A stretch of DNA of 61,751 nt from Octopus sinensis (taxonomy: Eukaryota): NCBI RefSeq assembly GCF_006345805.1, contig NW_021832239.1:1-61751 (forward strand), written 5' to 3'. Under the pieces are notes generated by a model. The model was not told the DNA's origin and did no database searches. It saw nothing but the letters and a program-made list of their open reading frames with translations. The position numbers were made by a program, and so were the translations under genes. The stretch's first letter is position 1, and every line of letters starts with the position of its first letter. Positions 37,379 to 50,793 of this stretch are shown piece by piece.

Positions 37379-37523
37379 TAAACTCTAACCCTAACCTTAA
37401 CCTTAACATTCTATCCTAACCCAGAAAAGGTAATTTCGTAGTATGGACTATGGATAGTTCGGTAGATCAAAAGTTGCAGTAGCAACCGTTAATTGAATCG
37501 ACTGTTTACTGGTATTTTGGTTG

Positions 37524-37659
37524 ACTTTGCCTTTCATCCTTTCGGGGTCGATTAAATAAGTACCAGTTACGCACTGGGGTCGATATAATCGACTTAATCC
37601 CTTTGTCTGTCCTTGTTTGTCCCCTCTGTGTTTAGCACCTTGTGAGTAGTAAAGAAATA
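37524..37659 (+). mobile_element. 5'-truncated family B SINE
   Basis: TSD GGTATTTTGGTTG at 37511-37523 and 37660-37672. Confidence 0.88.
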
Positions 37660-37894
37660 GGTATTTTGGTTGTAGGACTCCAGATGAATGAAGGCTCGGC
37701 AGACGTCGTTGTACTTGCAAATGTGAATGGAAAACTTAAGTAAAGGCTTCTTACTTCATGCATAAAGGCCCGAAAAACTTTTAGAAGTAAGACTTCCTGT
37801 TCCGCTTCGGGGATCCCGTTACTCGGTCAAATTACGAAACTGAATACGGCAAAGCCTTATTTAGTCCGTCCGTTGATCTACTGTTACGGTTGTG

Positions 37895-39470
37895 GAGAGG
37901 GAGGTTGGGGAGGGGGGTAAAGAGGGTGAACGGGAGAGAGAGAGGGAAGAGAATGAGGGTGAGGTAGAAATGATACACGAGAAATAGAGGGGGAGAGTGA
38001 AGGAGAGAGAGTGATAGATTCAAAGGGAGAAACCGAAGAAGAAAGAAAGAGAAAAGAAACTGTAAGAGAGAGAAAGAGAAAGAAAGGAAAGTGAATGAGA
38101 AATAGAGGGGGAAGAATGAGAGAGAGAGAGAGAATGATAGATTGAAAGGGAGAAACAGAAGAAGAAAAAGAAGGAGTAAGAAAGAGAAAGACAGAGAAAT
38201 AGAGGGGGAAGAGTGGGGGAGAGAGAATGATCGATTCAAAGGGAGAAATAGAAGAAGAAAGAAAGAGAAAAGAAACAGTAAGACAGAGAAAGAGAGAGAG
38301 AAAGAAAGAGGTGCGAATGAGGGTAAGATAGAAATAATACAGGAGAAATAGAGGGGGAAGAGTGAGAGAGAGAGAGTGATAGATTCAAAGGGAGAAACGG
38401 AAGAAGAAAGAAAGAGAAAAGAAACTGTAAGAGAGAGAAAATGAAAGACAGGGAGAAAGAAAGAGGCGCGAATGAGGGTAAGATAGAAATAGAGAAAGTG
38501 GAAGGAGGGGAGAGTGAGAGGAGAAAATGGAGAGATGCAGAGAGTGAAAGAAAGAGGAAGAGGGGAGTGGAGTGAGAGAGAAAGAAAGGCAAAAGGTGGG
38601 AAGAGAGAAATCATAAACGAAAAATGAAGATAAGAGAAAGAGAAACAAAGAGAAAATCAGTAAGAATAGAATTGGGAGAAAGAGAGAGGGTAAGGACGAA
38701 AGGGGAGGAAAATGTAGAGAGGGAAAGTGAAGAGAGAGAGAGAGGGAGGGAGAGGTGAGAAAGAAACAGGAAGATGAAGAGGAAGATAAGAAAGAACGGA
38801 TTGTGAGGAGCGAGGAAATGAATGGAAAGACAGAGAGAGACATAGAAAGAGGAGAGAGAGAGAGAGGGAGAAATTGAAAGGAAAAAAAAAGTGAGGGGAG
38901 ATAGACATAGAGAAAGATAGAGAGAGGGGGAAGGGTTGAAAAGCAGATAGAAGAGGGGAGAGAGAGAGGGGTGAATAGAATTGATAGATATAGGGAAGAG
39001 AGAGGAGAGAGAAAGACAAAGAGAAACAGAGACATATATACAGAGAGTAAGATAGACAGAGAGAGAGAGATACAGAGAGAAAGCTAGACAGAGAGATAGA
39101 GAGAGATACAGAGAGAAAGATAGACAGAGAGAGAGAGCTACAGAGAGAAAGATAGACAGAGAGAGAGATACAGAGAGGAAGATAAACAGAGAGAAAGATA
39201 AACAGAGAGAGAGAGAGCTACAGAGAGAAAGATAGACAGAGAGAGAGAGCTACAGAGAGAAAGATAGACACAGAGAGAGAGCTACAGAGAGAAAGATAGA
39301 CAGAGAGAGAGAGAGCTACAGAGAGAAAGATAGACAGAGAGAGAGAGCTACAGAGAGGAAGATAAACAGAGAGAAAGATAAACAGAGAGAGAGAGAGACA
39401 CACACACAAAGAGAGAAAGAGAGATACAGAGAGGAAGATAAACAGAGAGAGAAATAGAGATACACAGAGT
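37895..39470. repeat. GA-rich low-complexity tract with embedded ~120-bp and ~30-bp sub-repeats
   Basis: AAATAGAGGGGGAAG..GATAGATTCAAAGGGAGAAA x4; CTACAGAGAGAAAGATAGACAGAGAG repeats. Confidence 0.9.
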
Positions 39471-39684
39471 GTGTGTGTGTGTGTGTGTGTGTGCCTGTTG
39501 GTTCTAAGGTGGTACAGTCGAGTACCCTTGTTAGGGGTGTCGGAAGTGGTATTAAAAAGGAAGATATGAATATATAGAATGCGTCGGTTCACATTCCACG
39601 CTTCACCCTTCTATCCCCTTACTTTACAGTCTTTCAAAAGCAGGTTGCGTTCTAATTTCACCCAACTTCCACCATTTCCCTACC

Positions 39685-40110
39685 CTTTCTCTCTCTCTCT
39701 CTCTCTTTCCTTATCCCTCAGCCTCTCTCTCTCTCTCTCCTTTCTTATCCCTCAGCCTCTCTCTCTCTCTCTCCTTTCTTATCCCTCAGCCTCTCTCGCT
39801 CTCTCTCACTCTCTCCTTTCTTATCCCTCAGCCTCTCTCTCTCTCTCTCCTTTCTTATCCCTCAGCCTCTCTCGCTCTCTCTCTCTCTCTCCTTTCTTAT
39901 CCCTCAGCCTCTCTCTCTCTCTCTCCTTTCTTATCCCTCAGCCTCTCTCGCTCTCTCTCACTCTCTCCTTTCTTATCCCTCAGCCTCTCTCTCTCTCTCT
40001 CTTTTCTTATCCCTCAGCCTGTCTCTTTCTCTCTTTATCCCCCTCTCTCTCTTTACCTCCCTTTCTGTCTCTGCTACTCTCTTCCTTGTACTTTTTCTCT
40101 TCTCTCTCCC
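39685..40110. repeat. (CT)n-spaced minisatellite CCTTTCTTATCCCTCAGCCT(CT)n, ~9 copies
   Basis: Seen directly. Confidence 0.9.
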
Positions 40111-40395
40111 ACGGTGTGTGTGTGTGTGTATGAGTATGCGTGTGTGTGCTCTGAGAGTGTGTGTGTGTGAGTGTGTGTAAGTATATATGTGGGCGCACTG
40201 TAGGGTATATGTGTATATACGTACATATATGTGCGTATTGAAGTGTATATATGTGTGTGCGTGTGAAAGAGAATACGAAAGGATAAGTGTAAGAAACGGG
40301 ACGGTATATATGTATATATATATATATATATATACACACACATATATATATACACACGGGACGGTATATATTATGTGTATATATATGTATGTATG

Positions 40396-40427
<32 letters not shown>

Positions 40428-40625
40428 TATATACACATATATATATAACGGGAAGCTTTATGAAAATAAACAAAAGACGAAGGCAGGTGGAATATATATA
40501 TATATATACACGGGACGGTATATATTATGTATGTATATATATATACACACACATATATACACACACATACACACACATATATATAGAGATAGATGTATAA
40601 ATATATATATACACATACAATGCTA

Positions 40626-40840
40626 GGTACAACTTAAGAGTGGTCCCGGTGCGCGCACTCGCGTACTCGCGCACTCGCGTACTCGCTAGTCGCGACTAGT
40701 TGATCCTTACTCTGTGTTTTTGTGTTTTATTTACTTTGTTTTTTAAAAATTATTTACTTTGCTAGGTAGTCTTAGGATCGACTAGTCACGTCTAGCTAGC
40801 GCTTATGCGCGCACCGGGACCACTCTTCTTAAATAGTACC
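40626..40840. mobile_element. CpG-rich foldback MITE (second copy)
   Basis: Same GGTAC..GTACC termini as 17915-18145; no TSD visible. Confidence 0.8.
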
Positions 40841-41014
40841 CACACACACACACACATATACAGTGCTATATATGCCTGCCTCTATCTTCCGTTGCCTCTC
40901 TATATCTATCTGTATATCTATTCCGCCACCCCCCCCCCCATCTTTAGGCTTATATCACATTTACGTGTTCCTCGCCGAATAAACACAGACATATATATGC
41001 CTACCGGCGTTTAA

Positions 41015-41382
41015 TCACACACACACACACACGTACACACACACACACACACGTACACATACACACACACACACACACGTACACATACACACACACACAC
41101 ACACACGTACACACATACACACACACACACGTACGTACACATACACACACACACGTACACACACACATACACACACACACACATAGGCACGCACCATCCC
41201 GTCTTCTCACACACACACAGGCACACGCCAGCCTGCCTTGACACACACACACACATAGGCACGCACCATCCCGTCTTCTCACACACACACACACACCACA
41301 TACATAAATAGGTGTGTGAGTATATATATATATATATATGTGTGTATATATATGTGTGTGTGTGTGTGTATATATATATATA

Positions 41383-41413
<31 letters not shown>

Positions 41414-42210
41414 GTGTGTATATATATATATGTGTGTGTGTATATATATATATATATTCATACGGGATCTTTTTCCCTTTCAACGGCAGACACACACATA
41501 TACATCAATTGACATACTCCAGATTACGTTCACACACACACATACACACACGTGTGCGGGTGCACGCGCTGGCCTGCTGCGTTCACACACACGCACACAG
41601 ACACATACACATACACACAGACACACGCCAGTCTGACTTCACGCGCACACACACACATAGGCACGCACCATCCCGTCTTCTCACACACACACACAGGTAC
41701 AAGCCAGCCTGCCTACACACACACATACACCAGCCTGCCTTGACATATACACAGGCCTGCACACACGCGCATACAGACACACACACATAGGCACGCACCA
41801 TCCCGTCTTCACACTCACACACACACAGGCACACGTCAGCCTGCCTTCACAGACGCACACACATACACACACATACACACAGCCTGCATTCACACACGTA
41901 CACACACACATACACGCCAGCCTGCCTTGACACACACACACACACACACAAGCACACGCCAGCCTGCCTTGACATATACACAGGCTTGCACACGCACAAG
42001 CACACAGACACACACAGACACACTCACACACACACACACATAGGCACGCACCATCCCGTCTTCATACACACAGCCTGCCTTCACACACGTACACACAGGC
42101 ACACGCCAGCCTGATTTCACACACATACGTACACACACAGACGCATACACGCGCACCCAGGCACGTGCCAGCCTGCCTTCACCCGCTCGTGCACACACAC
42201 ACACACACAG
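41015..42210. repeat. (CA)n scaffold with recurring 18-25-bp modules
   Basis: CATAGGCACGCACCATCCCGTCTTC x5 and CAGCCTGCCTT modules. Confidence 0.85.
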
Positions 42211-42802
42211 GCGCGCGCGTGAGTGCCGGCACGCGTACTCTGAAACCCTACGCGTGAATTACTTCCAACAAATGGCAGAAACTATCACGTCAGTTCGGCA
42301 AATGTCTGTAAAGTTATTCAGTCGCTACTTTGAGTCCCCTTCTTTTACCCCTTTTTCCTCTTCTGTGCTTGCAGGAGGAGGAATCGTGTTATGTAGATCA
42401 GTGTGTCGCGGTTCGCCAGCTGACGCACGCCCACACACCATCTTATGGGCATACCGGCAAGGCAAGGCGTGAGAGAGAGAGAGCGAGCGAGAAAGAATGA
42501 GAGACAGAGAGAGGTAGCGGTTATTTCTTTTTTATCTTTTACTGGTTTCAATCATTGGAGTACGGCCTGGGACTATGTCTTGAAAGATTTTAGACGAACA
42601 AATCGCCCTTCTGTTTTAAATGCGAGTCTGCTACTTATTCTGTCGGGTTATTTGGTGAACCGCTAAGTTACAGGGACGTAAACAATGATTGTGCAACACA
42701 CTCATACTCAAAGACACACACACACACACACACACATACATATATAATATATATATAATATATATATATATAATATATATATATATATACATATATACAT
42801 AA

Positions 42803-42886
<84 letters not shown>

Positions 42887-43082
42887 CATACATATTATAT
42901 ATATATATATATAAGGGTAAGATCGATATTTAAATATCGATCTTAACAAGTGGCCAGCATGGGAATAAAAAAAACTTTCAAAGGTAATAATTAGAGTCAA
43001 AACTTGGCTCTAAAACCACATTAATGTGATTTTAGAGTCAAGTTTTGACTGCTATTTTCAGCGTGGTGGTATCTCTTAGATA

Positions 43083-43317
43083 AGGCGGCGAGCTGGCAGA
43101 AACGTTAGCACGCCGGGCGAAATGCTTAGCGGTATTTCGTCTGTCGTTACGTTCCGAGTTCAAATTCCGCCGAGGTCGACTTTGCCTTTCATCCTTTCGG
43201 GGTCGATAAATTAAGTACCAGTTACTACGCTCTGGGGTCGATGTAATCGACTTAATCCCTTTATCTGTCCTTGTTTGTCCCCTCTGTGTTTAGCCCCTTG
43301 TGGGTAGTAAAGAAATA
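43083..43317 (+). mobile_element. Full-length family B (Meta-domain) SINE
   Basis: Complete head and body; TSD GGTATC(T/A)CTTAGATA at 43068-43082 and 43318-43332. Confidence 0.92.
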
Positions 43318-43345
43318 GGTATCACTTAGATACCCTAAATTATAA

Positions 43346-43392
<47 letters not shown>

Positions 43393-43393
<1 letters not shown>

Positions 43394-43745
43394 ACGGGCT
43401 TCTTTCAGTTTCCTTCTACCAAATCCACTCACAAGGCTTTGGTCGGCCCGAGGCTATAGTAGAAGACACTTGCCCAAGGTGCCACGCAGTGGGACTGAAC
43501 CCGGAACCATGTGGTTGGGAAGAAAACTGCTTACAATACAGCTACGCCTGCACTTAAACACACACACACACACATATATGTAAATGATGGGCTTCTGCAC
43601 AGTTTCCCTCTACCAAATTCACTCACAAAGCGTTTGTTGGCCTAGAGCTATAAAAGAAGACATCCCAAGGTATCGCGCAGTTAAGAGGACTGAACCCGAG
43701 GCCACGCAGTTGCGAAGCAATCCTCTTAACCACACAGCCATGTCT
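43393..43745 (-). mobile_element. Two family A SINE 5' halves
   Basis: Reverse complement of the family A head. Confidence 0.8.
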
Positions 43746-43914
43746 GCTACTGAGCGGTGTAAGTTGATCACGTGACTGAATGCTTGAATGTGCGAGAGGA
43801 GTGAACTTCAACAAGTGAGTGTCTGAGTGATCGAGCAGACCGATAGTCGAACACGTTCCAGCCATGCCCATCCTGTTTAACATGCAGTTAGCGGTCGTAG
43901 CAGAAAGTGAACTG

Positions 43915-44342
43915 GGATCTTTTCGGTTTGAACGGCAGTTTTTTCTAGCGGTGTCATATGAAATTGTCACCCATAATTATGACCCTAGTATCGATCTATT
44001 GCATTTCAATCTGTTTTAGGGTTAGGGTTACGGTTACGGTTAGGGGTTTTGGGAAGGGTAAATTTTTTTTCTTGACAAATGTAAATAAACTCAATCTGTT
44101 TCTTAAACGAATGACATATTCATATGGCACAGAATGTTTTTCACCTCGATAGACGTCATTGTTTGGTTGAAATTGCAGAAATTGAAGAAAAACAACAAAT
44201 ATCTTATAACCTATTAAATTTTTCTCAATAAAGCCAAGAGAAAAAGATGTTTTATAAACACAGTCTACCAGTATACGAAGTTTAAAAGTGTTTAGTTACG
44301 TGGAAATTATTTTAAAAACTGCCGTTCAAACCGAAAAGATCC
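43915..44342 (-). mobile_element. GGATC-ended MITE with TTAGGG tract
   Basis: Both TIRs; TTAGGGTTAGGGTTACGGTTACGGTTAGGGG inside. Confidence 0.9.
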
Positions 44343-44702
44343 ATCTATCTATCCATCACTCTATCAATCATCTATCAACCTATCAATCTATTTACCTTTC
44401 TATTTATCTCTCTACCTATCTGTGTCTTTGTCTCTCTCTCTCTTTCACAAAACACCAACTCATGCACACATACACTCTTTGCCTGTCTCTCTCTCTCCCT
44501 CTCACACACACAAACAAACACATGCACACATAAACACACGCTCTGTCTGTCTGTCTGTCTCTCACACGCAAACACATGCAATAAACACACACACTCTCTC
44601 ACTCTCACTCTTTCTCTCTCTCTCACATACACACACACAAACACCAGTTCATACACACATAGGATCTTCAAACTGAATAGAACCCACGCATAAACGCACA
44701 CA

Positions 44703-44733
<31 letters not shown>

Positions 44734-44754
44734 CAACTCATAAACGCGTTCTCT

Positions 44755-45612
44755 AACTTTCTTTCTTTCCTTCTTTCTTTCCTTCCTTCTTTCTTTCTTT
44801 CCTTCTTTCTTTCATCCTTTCTTTCTTTCGTTCTTTCTTTCCTTCCTTTCTTTCCTTTCTTTCGTTCTTTCCTCCTTTTTCTTTTTCTTTCTTTCTTTCT
44901 TTCCTTCTTTCCTTCTTTCTTTCCTTCCTTCTTTCTTTCCGTCCTTCCTTCTTTCTTTCGTTCTTTCTTGCTTTCTTTTTTATTTTCTTCTTTCTTTCTT
45001 TCCTTCCTTGTTTCTTTCTTTCGTTCTTTCCTTCTTTCTTTCCTCCTTTCTTTCTTTTCTTCTTTCTTTCTTTCCTTCCTTGGTGTCTTTCTTCGTTCGT
45101 TCGCGTTTTGCCTCCTTCTTTCTTTCAGTTTCCTTTTCCGTTTTCCCTTTCTTTCTTCCTTGGTTCTTTTTCCTTCCTTCCTTCTTTCTTTCGTTTTTTT
45201 CCTTCTTTCTTTCGTTCTTTCCTTCTTTCTTTCCTTCCTTCCTTCTTTCTTTCGTTCTTTCTTGCTTTCTTTTTTCTTTTCTTCTTTCTTTCTTTCCTTC
45301 CTTGTTTCTTTCTTTCGTTCTTTCTTTCCTCCTTTCTTTCTTTTCTTCTTTCTTTCTTTCCTTCCTTGTTTCTTTCTTTCTTTCGTTCTTTCCTTCCCTC
45401 TTTCTTTCGTTCTTTCCTGCTTTCTTTCTTTCCGTCCGTCTTCTTTTTCTTTCGTTCTTCCTTCCTTCTTTCGTTCTTCCTTCCTTCTTTCTTTCCTTCT
45501 TTCTTTCTTTCTTTCCTTCCTTCTTTCCTTCTTTCTTTCGTTCTTTCCTGCTTTCTTTCTTTCTTTCCTTCTTCCTTCCTTCCTTCCTTCTTTCTTTCTT
45601 TCTCCCCCCCCC
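44755..45612. repeat. (CTTT/CCTT)n polypyrimidine tract, ~850 bp
   Basis: Seen directly; source of the K/E/R and F/L/S ORFs. Confidence 0.97.
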
Positions 45613-45931
45613 CCACAACCACGCTCACGAAGACGCACGTTCTCCCGAATATCACTTACACACATTCTCACATCCACCATTTAGTAAGCGAGCGAGAAGC
45701 GGGGGTTTAAAAAGTCTGATAAATAAAAAATAAAAAATAAAGAATAAAATGAACAGACGTTACTTCATAGGAATGCTGGAAGTCAATCCTTAGACCCATA
45801 CTATTTTCTAGGCCACCCTAGTTTTAATTATAGGGCTACCTTACTAAAAGCCCCAGTTTGCAGTATATATCAAAACAGGAAGTAATATAAGTTTAGGAAA
45901 TCAATGAGATTTAGCCTCGACATGGTTCTTA

Positions 45932-46797
45932 GGATCTTTTCGGTTTGAACGGCAGTTTTTAACATAATTTCTAGGTAACTAAACACTTTTAAACTTCGTA
46001 TACTGGTAGAATGTGTTTATAAAACATCTTTTTCTCTTGGCTTTATTGAAAAAGTTCTATAGTTTGTAAGATATTTGTTGTTTTTTGTCTTCAATTTCTG
46101 CAATTTCAACCAGTCAATGACGTTTATTGAGGTTAAAAAACATTCTGTGCCGTATGAATATGTCCCTCGCTTAAGAAACAGATTGGAGATCCTTTCCTTT
46201 TGAACGGCAGTTTGCAACATAATTTCTAGGTGACTAAACACTTTTAAACTTCGTATACTGGTAGAATGTGTTTATAAAACACCCTTTTCTCTTGGCTTTA
46301 TTGAGAAAGTTCTATAGTTTGTAAGATATTTGTTGTTTGTTCTTCAATTACTGCAATTTCAACCAATCAATGACGTCTATTGAGGTGAGAAACAGATTGG
46401 GGATCTTTTTCTTTTGAACGGCAGTTTGTAACAATTTCTAGGTGACTAAACACTTTTAAACTTCGTATACTGGTAGAATGTGTTTATAAAACATCTTTTT
46501 CTCTTGGTTTTATTGAGAAAATTCTATATGTTGTAACATTATTTCGTCTTCAATTTCTTGCATTTTGGCAATTTTAACCAATCACTGGCGTCCATTGAGG
46601 TAAATAACATTCTGTGCATAATGAATATGTCCCTCGTTTAAGAAACATATTGGGTTTATTTACATTTGTGAAGAAAAAAAGATACCCTTCCCTCCACCCC
46701 TAACCCTAAAACAGATTGAAATGCAATAGATCGATACTAGGGTCATAATTATGGGTGACAATTTCATATGACACTGCCGTTCAAACCGAAAAGATCC
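45932..46797 (+). mobile_element. GGATC-family element with three tandem left ends and one right end
   Basis: Left TIR at 45932, ~46187 and 46401; right TIR ends 46797; flanks GGTTCTTA / AGTTCTTA. Confidence 0.85.
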
Positions 46798-47012
46798 AGT
46801 TCTTACCCTTAATAGAATACATGGTTCTTACTCTTACTAACTAAATCCACCTTCCAGATTTATACCCCCAAAAGCAAGTAAAGTTATACAGTCATCCGTT
46901 GCATTACGGAAAGCGTTATATTCTCGGAAAATTTGTCGGAACGTGAGTTTCCCTAACGCGATGCAGTTTCATTTAATTGAGAAGCCTGTGGGAAATACAC
47001 TTTATGTTAGGA

Positions 47013-47075
47013 CTAGCAGTATCGCCCGGCGTTGCTCGGGTTTGTTTCGACCCTTTAGAATTGGAATTTTTGAAA
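47013..47075 (-). mobile_element. Helitron 3' end fragment
   Basis: CTAGCAGTATCGCCCGGCGTTGCTCGGG on +. Confidence 0.8.
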
Positions 47076-47229
47076 TTAGCGAAACCACACGCTAAAGTAA
47101 CACCGAATTAAGTACTCGGAGGGTTTCTCTGGGAGTGAATAAAATGTTTAATAAGTCCAACAAAATATACATTGTCCAACTAATTATTGATTATTGACTA
47201 ATTAATTATTGATTAAGCATTTTATACGT

Positions 47230-47690
47230 AATAGACCGTTAGCTCCTACACGCATTTTTTTCTCTCCTTGTTTTTTTTCTGTGTATCTTTCAGTCGAAGA
47301 GCGTAGGCTCGAAACGTAAAAGACTTTTTCTATTCCTGAGCGCTATACTAGTACATTTGTTTGTTTGTACTCCACCTGCCTTCGTCTTTTATTTATTTTC
47401 GTAAACCTTCCCGTTATATATATATATATATATATATATACGCTCCCTTCCTTCTTTTCTTCCGGGTCGGCCAATTCAACATGTATAACTTAATTCAGAT
47501 ACATTGTTTTTTTTTTCTTATTTCCTCTCTCCATCTGTTTTCTCTCCGCATTCCTTTCTGCAGAAGAGCGTAGGCTCGAAACGTCAAAAATTTCCTTCGT
47601 ATTTCCTGAACGTCAAATTAACACACTTGTTTACTTTTCCTTCACCAATTTCTGTCTTTTGTACTTTGTTTTTTTTTTTTTGTATAATTT
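47230..47690 (+). mobile_element. Pair of short repeats with minimal hammerhead-like motifs (copies 3 and 4)
   Basis: AGAGCGTAGGCTCGAAACGT cores at 47286-47323 and 47554-47590. Confidence 0.7.
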
Positions 47691-47694
47691 TGAA

Positions 47695-47751
<57 letters not shown>

Positions 47752-47801
47752 TCATTCTGTGGATGGATTGACGGTTGCATGTTTGTATACAAAAACAAAA
47801 T

Positions 47802-48221
47802 GGGATGTTTTCGGTTTCAACGGCAGTTTTTTAAAATAATTTCCACGTAACTAAACACTTTTAAACTTCGTATACTGGTAGAATGTGTTCATAAAACATC
47901 TTTTTCTCTTGGCTTTATTGAGAAAATTCTATAGTTTGTAACATATTTGCTGTTTTTTTTCTTCAATTTCAGCAATTTCAACCAATCAATGACGTCTATT
48001 GAGGTGAAAATATTCTGTGCCGTATGAATATGTCTCTCGTTTAAGAAACAGATTGGGTTTATTTACATTTGTGAAGAAAAAAAGATACCCTTCCCCCAAC
48101 CCTAACTAACCCTAACCCTAAAATAGATTGAAATGCAATAGATCTATACTAGGGTCATAATTATGGGTGACAATTTCATATGACACCGCTAGCAAGTACT
48201 GCCGTTCAAATCGAAAAGATC
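47802..48221 (+). mobile_element. GGATC-ended MITE with (CCCTAA)n
   Basis: Both TIRs slightly diverged. Confidence 0.88.
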
Positions 48222-48409
48222 AAAAAAATTTGTATCAATGATGAACGGATTCGCTTGCAAAAGCCTTTCACCTTATACTAAGCCCTCACATTCGTATACA
48301 TAAGAACCTTCAGTAAAACGCACATAATACACACACACGCACTCACACACGAACTTACATACACATAAATATGTAACACATACATAACCGCATTCCATAA
48401 CACACTTAT

Positions 48410-48818
48410 ACTCTTTTCTCTTTTACTTGTTTCAATCATTTGACTGCGGCCATGCTGGAGCACCGCCTTTAGTCGAGCAACTCGACCCCGGGACTTATTC
48501 TTTTGTAAGCCCAGTACTTATTCTATCGGTCTCTTTTGCCGAACCACTAAGTTACGGGGACGTAAACACACCAGCATCGGTTGTCAAGCAATGCTAGGGG
48601 GACAAACACAGAAACACAAACACACACGCACACATACATATATATACATATATACGGCGGGCTTCTTTCAGTTTTCGTCTACCAAATCCACTCACAAGGC
48701 TTTGGTCGGCCCGAGGCTAGAGTAGAAGACACTTGCCCAAGGTGCCACGCAGTGGGACTGAACCCGGAACCATGTGGTTGGTAAACAAGCTACTTACCAC
48801 ACAGCCACTCCTGCACCT
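48410..48818 (-). mobile_element. Full-length family A SINE
   Basis: Reverse complement of the family A consensus. Confidence 0.92.
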
Positions 48819-49066
48819 ATATATTATACTGTCGATGCTACCACACAATTGACACACACTAAGTATAGAGAGGCCACGAGGTATATACAGAGTACAGAAC
48901 AAGTACATAACGAGTACATATAAACAGTGGTACGTCACTGGTACATCCCAGCACCTCCCCATCTAACTGCTTCACCAATTTCACTGAAAGAAGCAGGTAT
49001 TGCCGATACCATACATATTATGTACGTATGACTACGTATAATTACACAAACACATTTGTATAGACA

Positions 49067-49142
<76 letters not shown>

Positions 49143-49166
49143 ATTATATATATAATATATATATAT

Positions 49167-49266
<100 letters not shown>

Positions 49267-49296
49267 GATATATATTATATATATATATATATATAT

Positions 49297-49467
49297 AGGT
49301 GCAGGAGTGGCTGTGTTGTAAGTAGCTTGCTAACCAACCACATGGTTCCGGGTTCAGTCCCACTGCGTGGCATCTTGGGCAAGTGTCTTCTACTATAGCC
49401 CCGGGCCGACCAATGCCTTGTGAGTGGATTTGGTAGACGGAAACTGAAGAAGCCTGTCGTATATATG

Positions 49468-49538
<71 letters not shown>

Positions 49539-49757
49539 GTATGTTTGTGTGTCTGTGTTTGTCCCCCAACATCACTTGACAACCGATGCTGGTGTGTTTA
49601 CGTCCCCGTTACCTAGCGGTTCGGTTAAAAGAGACCGATAGAATAAGTACTGGGCTTACAAAGAATAAGTCCCGGGGTCGATTTGCTCGACTAAAGGCGG
49701 TGCTCCAGCATGGCCGCATCAAATGACTGAAACAAGAGTAAAAGAGTAAAAGAGTAA
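49297..49757 (+). mobile_element. Full-length family A SINE following a long (TA)n
   Basis: Head, CORE-like region and tail present. Confidence 0.92.
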
Positions 49758-49959
49758 TATATATATACATATGCGTATGATTACATTTATGTGTGTATTA
49801 TTCGGGATTGCTGATGGAGTTCTAGAAAACAAGAAAACATTTGCTAACTGGCGGTGGGTTTAAGACTTAGCGATAATATTGACTTCACAAACATATATAT
49901 ACACATATTTATATATATACCTGTATATTACATAATGCATCTATATATATGTGCGTGCG

Positions 49960-50396
49960 TGTCGGGGTCGATAAGTTACGCACTGGGGTCGTCCTTGTTT
50001 GTCCCCTCTATGTTTAGCCCCTTGTGGGTAGTAAAGAAATATATATATATATATATTCAAATTCCGCCGAGGTCGACTTTGCCTTTCATCCTTTCGGGGT
50101 CAATAAATTAAGTACCAGTTATGCACTGGGGTCGATGTAATCGACTTAATCCATTTGTCTGTCCTTGTTTGTGCCCTCTATGTTTAGCCCCTTGTGGGTA
50201 GTAAAGAAATAGGTATTTCGTCTGCCGTTACGTTCTGAGTTCAAATTCCGCCAAGATCGACTTTGCCTTTCATCTTTTCGGGGTCGATAAATTAAGTACC
50301 AGTTACGCACTGGTGTCGAGGCAATCGACTTAATCCCTTTGTCTGTCCTTGTTTGTCCCCTCTATGTTTAGCCCCTTGTGGGCAATAAAGAAATAG
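49960..50396 (+). mobile_element. Family B SINE tandem segments
   Basis: Three partial units; junction AAGAAATAGGTATTTCGTCTG. Confidence 0.85.
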
Positions 50397-50732
50397 TATA
50401 TATACAAACAAGCCTACATTATTACACATACAGATATCTCTATATATTCTGTTGTGTCTGGGGAGAGTCATTCTCTTTTAGTGCCTTATAATTTAACACA
50501 CACACAGGTGAAATTTCCACTCATTTCTTATTTTTATTTTCCTAAAATTTTCATTGCGTCTTGCAACCTTTTCAACAGTCTTGACTCTCACACATTTATA
50601 TATATATATATACATACCTGTATATATATATATATATATACCTGTATATATATATATACCTGTATATTACATATGCATCTATATATATGTGTGTATGTAT
50701 ATCTGTATATATATATATATATATTATATATA

Positions 50733-50793
<61 letters not shown>

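Noticed and set aside
36790-37425. True telomere or telomere fusion site
   Set aside because: Only short degenerate CCCTAA runs associated with MITEs; no long or head-to-head arrays.
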